Of a stretch of DNA of 64,000 nucleotides, positions 18,650 through 29,300 are shown piece after piece. Below the pieces are notes generated by a model. The model was given only the letters and a program-made list of their open reading frames with translations. It searched no databases and had not been told where the DNA came from. Each line of letters begins with the position of its first letter. Within the stretch, counting starts at the first letter, position 1. Source of the DNA: Flavobacteriales bacterium (GTDB taxonomy: Bacteria > Bacteroidota > Bacteroidia > Flavobacteriales > UBA7312); assembly GCA_965277895.1 (NCBI GenBank), contig CBDIDR010000001.1, positions 1,121,560 through 1,185,559 of the forward strand, read 5' to 3'. The position numbers and the translations under genes are program-made.

Positions 18650-20329
18650 TTATTCTAAAATAATTTTTTTCTGAACTGACCCATCTTCATATATATAAAA
18701 GAGAGGTACATTGACTTTAGGTAAACTTATTTGGCCCAAAACATTAACGATTTTACTCAACTTTTTGTTTGTAAAAGAGGGGGTGTTTAGATTACTCATC
18801 CCACAGCTTTCTAAGCATTCATTTATTGAATTATATTCAATAGTATCCGTGCTAATTTCACAGTCGATTGAATTGCATTTCCATCCTGCATTAGCCAAAA
18901 TTTTAATGCTTTTAAAACAAACGATTTCAATATTATTAGAATTTCTGATGTAGTGGCCATCAGTCAAATAATCTCCATAATACGATAGTGTTGAAGTATC
19001 GTTTAAAAATTCTAAATCTTCAATAATGATATAGTTTTTATAGGTGCTTATTTTGGTGCTATCAATACTTAATCCATTGTATTTGAAATCATTTGCGAGT
19101 TCATCACTTTGCAGTTCAATAGAATTTGTTACTATAACTACATTATCAATTCCTATTTGGTAGGCTTGAAAGTCATATGGAGCATCTATTTCTGAATTTG
19201 AGGAATAGCCATACACATCCCTTTTTACTAGATTAAATAGTCGATTTCCAAACTCTTCATACCCATTGCTAAATGTGAAATGACAGTTGTCAGTATGGTG
19301 CTGTAAACTTGCTGTTGGAATTATTGATATAGTTTCATTTTCTAAGGCTAGTTGCCTTTGTGCTTCTTTTATATCCATTAATTTTTCAATGGGTTTATTG
19401 CATCCGTTTTTTGTTTGAAAAATATAGATGTGCTCTAGATTTTGAAAATCATCCTCCCATGATTCTTGAAGTTGCAAAAACGCATTTTTGTAGGCTTCTG
19501 TATCTATTGCTATTCCATTTTCTATTGTCAGAGGACTATTAACGTTTGAATCGTATTCACCTTGAGACCAGAAAACAGCTTTTACAAAATCTTGAAGTTT
19601 ATTTTTGGCCAAGCGATAGTATAATTTTGAGTAAATACTTTCAAGTTCAGTCTGATAATTTGTTGGGGCTAAAAAACTGTTTATTCCTGTTCCGCTTAAT
19701 GATTGGTTAAAAATAGCTACTGGAAAACCTAGAGAATCAACAAGATGTTTAGCAAATCGTAATCCCCATTGTCCAGTATTTCCATTTGTTTCTGTATCTC
19801 CATCACCTTGTCCATAATACCATTGATGATTTTCAATTAATAAATCTATGCTATCCGTACTTAAGGAATAAACTCTAATAAAATTATTTTGAAACTCTTG
19901 AGAGCTGCCATTTTCCATTTTTGCCTGAGCATTGGATTGTCCTTGAATTACAAATACATCTCCACAAACAATATTTATAATGTTCAATTCTAGGGTACTG
20001 TCGTTGCCAAAATGACTGTATAGATTCACAGAATAGTTCATTAATTCTGCTGCAATTGTTATTTCAAAACTGAAAAATGTAGTGCTATCGTCAAAAGATA
20101 AATTTTGAGTCTGATACTCATGTAAATCATCTTCTCTATTAACAATGATAGAAATAGAACTATATGCTAATTCTGAATTATAAACTTCTCCAGCAATATT
20201 GAAGGTGCCAGAATTCGTTAAATCGTCTCTACCAATTAATTGATTATCTAAGGGATACTCAGTTAATACAACTTGAGAATACAAATTAATAGATAGTAAA
20301 CTTAAGAATACTATTAGCTTAATTTTCAT
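18650..20329 (-). CDS. Secreted SGNH carbohydrate esterase (SASA/CE6-like) with short variant tail
   Basis: Signal LYS|Q; GDVFVIQGQSNA, WSQGEYD, DNCH; tail NVLGQ...FYIYEDGSVQKKIILE. Confidence 0.8.
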   Translation of the reverse strand: MKIKLIVFLSLLSINLYSQVVLTEYPLDNQLIGRDDLTNSGTFNIAGEVYNSELAYSSISIIVNREDDLHEYQTQNLSFDDSTTFFSFEITIAAELMNYSVNLYSHFGNDSTLELNIINIVCGDVFVIQGQSNAQAKMENGSSQEFQNNFIRVYSLSTDSIDLLIENHQWYYGQGDGDTETNGNTGQWGLRFAKHLVDSLGFPVAIFNQSLSGTGINSFLAPTNYQTELESIYSKLYYRLAKNKLQDFVKAVFWSQGEYDSNVNSPLTIENGIAIDTEAYKNAFLQLQESWEDDFQNLEHIYIFQTKNGCNKPIEKLMDIKEAQRQLALENETISIIPTASLQHHTDNCHFTFSNGYEEFGNRLFNLVKRDVYGYSSNSEIDAPYDFQAYQIGIDNVVIVTNSIELQSDELANDFKYNGLSIDSTKISTYKNYIIIEDLEFLNDTSTLSYYGDYLTDGHYIRNSNNIEIVCFKSIKILANAGWKCNSIDCEISTDTIEYNSINECLESCGMSNLNTPSFTNKKLSKIVNVLGQISLPKVNVPLFYIYEDGSVQKKIILE

Positions 20330-20350
20330 TTTACAACTGTAAACTAATTC

Positions 20351-23300
20351 TTATTGAAGAATAAGTTTGTGATTTTTTATTCCATCCGTGGTTTCGATAC
20401 TTAGGTTGTAAACTCCTTTTGAATAGCCTGATAAATCAATCTTAGTATCAAACGTTCCTTTAATTTCTAGAGAATTCTCATAAACTTCTTGACCAATAGA
20501 ATTTACAACTTTCATATCAACTATTTGACGTTCTGAGATGTCAAAGGATATATTAAACTCTTTTCTTGAAGGGTTAGGGTATACCATCAGATTCTGCAAA
20601 TTTGATAATTTTTCGCCACCTAAAACGTAGTATACAGTTGATGAAAATGGAGTAGCAAATGAGGTTCCGTTTGTTCCACAAGCCCCACGTATTTTCCAAG
20701 AAATTTCATCTCCAGAACTTTGATTGAATTTAGTTTTAGAATTATCAGTTCCAGGAATATTGTTCCATTCGTAAACGTCACCACTAGTAATATTTGTCAT
20801 TTCTAAGAAGTAATGGTCTGGGTTTCCACTTGGTGGCGTATCCCAAGACATTATTACAGCCGTATTAGCTCCATTTGAACTTGTACTTAAGTTTATAGGC
20901 ATCTTATCGCAAGGGTCTTCAGTAGTAAAGTTTGAGAATTCGCCCCATCCTGAATGATACATTGGGTCTGAATTACCGTCTTCATCTACATTTGCTGTAC
21001 ACCATGCTTTGGTATGCCATTCATAATTAGTAGATTCTGTAAAGTTTCCTTTTAAGGAGTTTATATTTCCATTATCATCTCCGTTAACATAGCGGTAATT
21101 TGTTGATCCAAATTCTCGAATCTTTCCTTTGGATTGCCATACGCCCCATTCTTGAGAAGGTGCATCAGCGAAGAAGGTTACCCAATTTGCTTCAGTAAAT
21201 ACCGACAGATTTTCAAGGTTAGCACAAGCGGCTAGAGTAGTGTACTCAGAAGTTGCTGACCATGCCGATTGACAATCTATTGATAAGTCATCATTTAATA
21301 CTCTAGCTCTTATGGACCATTCGTAAGTAGTGGCTGGTTCCATAAAGTAACGTGTTCTGCTCGTTCCGTAATAGGCTTGTGTGTTTACAGGACCTGCCGT
21401 AATTACTGTCCAACTATTAGTGCCTAACTCTCGGTACCTTATCATGTAGTGAGAAGGAGCTACTTCAGTAGGTGACCAATTGAATCGTATTCTGTTATCG
21501 ATAATATTATCAACAAATAAACCATTTGGAACACTGTCGCATGGCGAAACTGTTACAGAGGAACAGTTTGCTTCACATTCTTCTAGTGTAGAGTAGGAGT
21601 CATCTACTACAGAAGATTCAACACACCCTAGATTTGTACAATTAAAATAAACTGTTGGCTCGTAAATTGTAAATAATGTTTCAGCCACACATCCTGTTAC
21701 AGCGTCAAATACAGCAACTGTATAAATGCCGGCTGTTAAACCAAATGGATTTTGAGGGATAAAGTTTTCATCAAATACATTTAAGCTGTATTGAGCTGAA
21801 CCACCAATACCAGAAGCAAATACATAACCATCATTACCACCAACTTCTGAAACATCCGAACTAGCTGTTATTATTATTGAAAATGATTCACAATAAACAC
21901 AGCTTCCATCGTCCAATGTTGCATTTGGATTAAAATTATCAGCAATTGGGTCAATACAGCCACAGTTTTCAATGGTTAATTCTAAAACTTCAATTATATC
22001 ACAACCAACAGAATTAATTGAATAGTTGTAATAGGTTCCGCTTTGGTAGTAAGTTGTTCCGTACCATTCAAAACTACCACATGCCACAATTGAAGTATTA
22101 GTTTCAGTGCTTTCTAAAATAGTTAAGTTCAGGTTAACAACACTATCACAACCAACTGAGTTTGTTAATGTGAAAGTTGGAGAGTTTGTGTTTTCTGTGT
22201 AGCTTATACCATCAATCCAAGTATATTCATCACAAGATACTATAGAGTCTATTCCGTATGTGGTCTCTAGTAATGATAAGTTAATAGTATAGACACTGTC
22301 ACATCCGTTAATACTAGAATAAATATTAGTGTAAACACCACTTTCTATGTATGTACTATCGTCCCATACAAAGGCGTCACATGATGTAATATTTGTATCT
22401 AAATTATAACTATTGTAGATAGTCAGATTTAGTGTAACTAATGAATCACAACCCACAGAATTAGTTAATGTGTAAGTAGGGGAGCTAGTACTTTCTGTAT
22501 AAGTAATACCGTCAATCCAAGTAAACTCATCACAATGCTCTTCTACATCTGTTCCACTATTACTATTGAGAATAGTTAAGTTAATAGTATGAGTACTATC
22601 ACAACCATATGTAGTTGTATAATTATTAATGTAACTACCACTTTCAGTATATGTGGAATCATCCCAAATAAATACATCACAAATACTAATGTTTTCAAAA
22701 GTATTTGCGGAATTATTGATAGTAAGATTAAGTGTTACTATACTATCACATCCAATAGTATTGATGTAATTATTAGTGTATGTGCCAGTAGAAGTATAGG
22801 TGCTGTCGTTCCATATGAATTCATCACAATGCGTTTCATTAATAAATGTACTGTCAGATTCTAATATACTTAGGTTAAGGGAAACTACACTATCGCAACC
22901 CACAGAATTAGTTAATACATAAGTAGGGGAACTAGTACTTTGCGTATAGGTTATACCGTCAATCCAAGTATAGTTATCGCAATGTACTTGAGTATCTGTA
23001 CCACTAGAACTGTTAAGAATCGTTAAATCAAGGGTATTGGTGCTATCACAGCCGTTTGAGTTTATGTAACTATTGGTATAAATACCACTTTCGGTATATA
23101 CAGAACCTTCCCAAACAAATTCATCACAAGCAGTTATTTGAGCAAATGAGCTATCAGAATAATAGATACTTAGATTTATGGTGTGAGAACTGTCACATCC
23201 TTCTACATTGGTGTAGTAATTGGTGTAAATACCACTAATAGTATAGGTGCTGTCGTCCCATACTAATTGGTCACAGTGTGTTTCATTAGTAAATGTACTG

Positions 23301-26300
23301 TCAGATTCTAATATGCTTAGGTTAAGGGTAACTACACTATCGCAACCCACAGAATTGGTTAATGCATAAGTAGGGGAGCTAGTACTTTCTGTGTATGTAA
23401 TACCGTTAATCCAAGTATAGTTATCGCAATGTACTTGAGTATCTGTACCACTAGAACTGTTAAGAATCGTTAAATCAAGGGTATTGGTGCTATCACAGCC
23501 GTTTGAGTTTATGTAACTATTGGTATAAATACCACTTTCGGTATATACAGAACCTTCCCAAACAAATTCATCACAAGCAGTTATTTGAGCAAATGAGCTA
23601 TCAGAATAATAGATACTTAGATTTATGGTGTGAGAACTGTCACATCCTTCTACATTGGTGTAGTAATTGGTGTAAATACCACTAATAGTATAGGTGCTGT
23701 CGTCCCATACTAATTGGTCACAGTGTGTTTCATTAGTAAATGTACTGTCAGATTCTAATATGCTTAGGTTAAGGGTAACTACACTATCGCAACCCACAGA
23801 ATTGGTTAATGCATAAGTAGGGGAGCTAGTACTTTCTGTGTATGTAATACCGTTAATCCAAGTATAGTTATCGCAATGTACTTGAGTATCTGTACCACTA
23901 GAACTGTTAAGAATCGTTAAATCAAGGGTATTGGTGCTATCACAGCCGTTTGAGTTTATGTAACTATTGGTATAAATACCACTTTCGGTATATACAGAAC
24001 CTTCCCAAACAAATTCATCACAAGCAGTTATTTGAGCAAATGAGCTATCAGAATAATAGATACTTAGATTTATGGTGTGAGAACTGTCACATCCTTCTAC
24101 ATTGGTGTAGTAATTGGTGTAAATACCACTAATAGTATAGGTGCTGTCGTCCCATACTAATTGGTCACAGTGTGTTTCATTAGTAAATGTACTGTCAGAT
24201 TCTAATATGCTTAGGTTAAGGGTAACTACACTATCGCAACCCACAGAATTGGTTAATGCATAAGTAGGGGAGCTAGTACTTTCTGTGTATGTAATACCGT
24301 TAATCCAAGTATAGTTATCACAATGCACTTGGGAGTCTATTCCAAAGGTAGATTCTAATATTGTAAGATTTAATACAGCGACACTATCACAGCCAGTTAG
24401 TGATGATGTAAGTTGACAAGATTGCTCGATAATATCAGAGCTATAATTAGCTCCATATATTATACCATCATTCCCATTTCCACTTAAATCGTAAACTGTA
24501 TTTCCTTCTCCTTCTTCAAAATCTAAATACAGTTGTAGGCCTTCTTCTTCACCAGAAGGAGAACAAGACATGTATTTTTGAATATCTGAAAGTGATAAAT
24601 CTAAATCCCAATATGAGAAATTATCGATAGAGCATTTAGCAAATGAAGGTGAATATCCAGAAGTATTAATACTAGCAATCTGAAAAGTGTTTTCAGAATT
24701 AGCAATTGTCCCCCCTGAGCCAGAATAAGCTCCTATATATTCTATGCCATCTAAGTATATACTCATGTCTTGGGGTCCTCTTATGATCGTGACAATGTTA
24801 TACCACTGGCCATGATTTAAATTTAAATTTTCAGCATTATAAGATCTTCTATCTGCCTGACCTTGACCTGTTCCATCGCCATAATTTATTGATATACCCG
24901 TATTAGAAATGTGAGACCATATTCCATAATAAATTGATCCATTTATGATATCATTATCGGTATGAAAAGCAGTAATACTTTCACCTAAGGCTAAATCGGT
25001 TGATAATTTCACATTATACTGAAACGATATTGGAAACGTAGGGTTATTTAAAATATCTCCAAACGTTATATAATCATTTGTACCATCAAAATCTAATGAA
25101 AAAATATTGTCACCTTGTTGTGAGGAATTAGTATAAATCCCATTTTCAGTATAAACATTTCCATTCCATTCGTAACTATCACAAATAGTAATTTCTGTTA
25201 ATGAAGTATCTGATTGATAAATTGTTAAATTTAGAGTTACAATAGAATCACAGCCATTTGAATTTCCACTAATAATAGTGTGTGTAGCTGAATTATTATT
25301 TTCTGTATAGCTAATGCCGTCTATCCAAGTAAATTCATCACAATGTACTTGAGTATCTGTTCCAAATGTTGGCTCATAAATTGTCAGGAATAATCTGGCA
25401 ATACTGTCACAGCCAACAGAATTAGTAGTGTTGAATACTTTTAATCCTGATTCAGTGTATAAGGAATCGTTCCATAGATAGCTTTCACAAGCACTAGCTG
25501 AAGTAAAGGATGATGTACTTTCTAAAATGCTTAGATTAAGTATTACAATACTATCACAGCCTAGAGAATTAGTTAATGTGAAAGTAGGAGAGTTGGTACT
25601 TTGGGTATAACTATTGCCATCTATCCAAGTGTATTCATCACAATGCACTTGGGTGTCTATTCCAAAGGTGCTTTCAAAAATTGTTAAATCGTATGTGTGT
25701 GTGCTATCGCATCCATTACTATTCACAAATGTGTTAGAGAAAATTCCACTTTCTGTATAGTTAATACCGTTCCATACAAACTCATCACAAACTGTTGTAT
25801 CTCCAAATGTATTAACGCTATTGAATATGGTCAAATTTAGTGTTACAATAGAATCACAGCCATTTGAATTTCCACCTATAATGGTGTGTGTAGCTGAATT
25901 ATTACTCTCTGTATAGCTAATGCCATCTATCCAAGTAAATTCATCGCAATGTACTTGAGTATCTGTTGCAAATGTTGGCTCATAAATTGTCAGGAATAAT
26001 CTGGCAATGCTGTCACAGCCAACAGAATTAGTAGTGTTGAATACTTTTAATCCTGACTCTGTGTATAAGGAATCGTTCCATAGATAGCTTTCACAAGCAC
26101 TAGCTGAAGTAAAGGATGATGTACTTTCTAAAATGCTTAGATCAAGTATTACAATACTATCACAGCCTAGAGAATTAGTTAATGTGAAAGTAGGAGAGTT
26201 GGTACTTTGGGTATAAGTATTGCCATCTATCCAAGTGTATTCATCACAATGCACTTGGGTGTCTATTCCAAAGGTACTTTCAAGAATTGTTAAATCGTAT

Positions 26301-29300
26301 GTGTGTGTGCTATCGCATCCATTACTATTCACAAATGTATTTGTGTACAGTCCACTTTGTGTATAGCTTATATTATTCCAAATAAACTCATCACATACCG
26401 TTATACTACTAAAAGTATTGTCGCTTTCATAAATAGTTAAGTTAAGTGTAACAATTGAGTCACAGCCGTCATTTGCAGTTAAGGTTACTGTCGCTGAATT
26501 ATTACTTTCTGTATAAGTTATACCATCAATCCAAGTAAACTCGTTACAATCAAATTGTACATCTGTGGAAAACTGTGAGTCATTTATTGTTAAATCTAGT
26601 GTAGCAGTACTATCACAACCATTATCGGCGGTAGTAGTGTAAGTGTATTGACCACTTGTATTGTAGGTGCTTCCATTCCATGTATATGAATCACATTCTT
26701 CAACAGTAGTTAGTGAAGTTGGATTTTCTAAAAAGGTAAGATTTAGTGTAATTGTAAGTGGGCAATTATATTCATTTGCTATAATATATTGGGCAGTGAT
26801 GTTATCTTCAAAGTAGGTGTTATTATCCAACCACAAAAAGGAATCTTCGCATGTAAATTTTTCATCTATGGCTTCAGAGCTTGGATTAATAGTAACATCG
26901 AAGTAATGAATGCTATCACAGCCGTTAGAGTTAGTATAAGCGAAAAAATAATTGCCGCTTGATATAATGGTGTCTTCAGCCCAAATAAATTCATCACAAA
27001 CGGTAGTATCGTTAAATATACTATCGGATTGAAGAATGATAAGATTTAGATTTGTTATACTGTCACAACCTTCAACAGAAGTTAAAGTATCGCTGTAATC
27101 ACCACTTTGATAATACATTGAATCATTCCAAAAATAGTTATCGCAACTAATAATAGTATCATTACTTTCTATGTAAATACATGATCCATCATCAGTATTT
27201 GCTGTAGGTTGGAAATTACATGAACTACTATCAGTACAGCCAAAAGTTACAAATCCAAGCTCACAATCTTCACTAAATGAATTCCAGTTATTAATACTCT
27301 GATTGTCAATAGTCCAGTTTGCACTTGACCAATCAGTATCATCAACGGTTATACAAAATAAATCTGGGTTTGAAGTAGCAGTCAAAACCAATTGAGTATT
27401 GTTCCCATTTTTTAAATTGAGACTATCAAGGTCATTATTTGAACAGTTTAATATTGTTAAATTGGTGTTGTTGCTTACATCTAGCTTAGTCAATTCATTG
27501 ACTCTACAATAGAATTCGCTTAAAAAAGAATTAGTGCTAACATCTAATTCTGTTATGGAATTATTTGAGCAATAAATAATTTCTAAATCTAAATTGTTAC
27601 TTACATCTAAACTTGAAAGTTGATTAATACCACACCTTAAAACTTTTAAGTCGATGTTATTACTTATGTCGAGGCTACTAAGTTGATTGGAGCTACAATA
27701 CAGATCTTCCAACTCTGTGTTTAGACTTATGTCTAATATAGATAACAAGTTGTCATAGCATTGTAATTTTGTTAATTCTAAATTTTGAGAAATATCTAAG
27801 TTTGAAATTTGATTCCCCCAACAATAAAGATTTATAAGGAGAGTATTTTGACTAACATCAATTGATGATAATTGATTGTTATAACAATGTAAAAGTGTTA
27901 GGGAAGTATTGTTACTTACATCTATACTACTAAGATTATTATTCCCTATATCAAACGATTCTAGATTTTGATTTTGACTTATATCTATGTTGGTAATTTG
28001 ATTATTGTAGCAATAGAGTGTGATTAAATTTGAGTTAAAGCTGATATCCAAGCTTGAAAGGTTATTTTCAAAACAATAAAGTATTTCTAAACTTTCAAAA
28101 TCTTCAATACCTGTTAAATCAGATATTCCTTTAGTTGAGACGTTTAAATAGGTTATATCTGAAATATTTTCAGTTAGTACATAATCATCAAGAACATTAT
28201 CATAACCAAAGTCTATAAGAGCTTGTTCAAAATTATCATCTGGAACATAAGTTAGATTTTGACAGTCTTCACTGAATGACACCTGAGTATCAATACTTCC
28301 ATTGTCGTTAGTCCAGTTTTCAGTAGCCCATTCTGTATCATCAACATTAATACATGTTAGGTTGCTAGCTGTAGCATTAAGAGACATATTGATGTTATTT
28401 CCATTTCTTAGATCGAGAAAAGTAAGATTATAATTAACTGAAACATTAAGATTTATGAGATTACTATTATTAGATAAATCAAGGTATGAGAGTTGATTTC
28501 CATTTAGATTTAAATCGGTGAGCGATAAATTATTACTCAAATCAATAGAAATTAAATCACAAGCATAAAGTAAAAGAACTTTCAAGGAATCATTATTACT
28601 AACATCTATTGTTTGTAAATCATTGTTATAAATGCCTGTTACCACCTCTAATAACAAATTATTAGTTAAATCAATATTCAATAGTTGATTTGAACTAAAA
28701 TTCAGCTCGTTTAAAAGGGTGTTGTTTGTGACATTTAGAAAGGTTAATTCATTAGCTCGACAGTTAATGTAAGTTAAGTCAGGGTTATTACTAAAGTCAA
28801 GACTTGTTATATTATTAAAACCACAATTTACAGATGTTAAGTCAACATTGTTCGATAAGTCTAACGCTAGAATTGAATTAACCCCACAATTTAACGTACT
28901 TAAATTGGTGTTGTTTGATAAATCAAGATTAGTCAGAAGATTAGCATTAATATCAAGATTTATTAATTCAATATTATTGCTTAAATCAATTTCGGTAAGT
29001 TGATTTATTCTTATATTCAATTCATATAAAGCAGGACTATTTGAAATATCTACACTTGTAAGTTGATTTGCATTAGCATTAAGTGTCTCAAGTTGTGTGT
29101 TATTTGATAAATCTAAAGCAGTTAATTGATTTTCCGCACAACATAGATTGGTTAATGATACAAAATCTTCTATACCCGTTAAGTCGGCAATGTCTTTGGT
29201 GCATAAATCTATGTAAGTAAGTCCACTAATGTTTTCAGTTAATACATAATTATCTAATATATCATCATATCCAAAATCTATTAATGCTTGTTCAAAATTA

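Noticed and set aside
23056-24132. Three identical 60-aa plus-strand ORFs
   Set aside because: Antisense by-products of the 447-bp coding repeat
25691-25703. (GT)n microsatellite, also at about 26297
   Set aside because: It encodes Thr-His-Thr in the repeat module and is too short for a contingency locus
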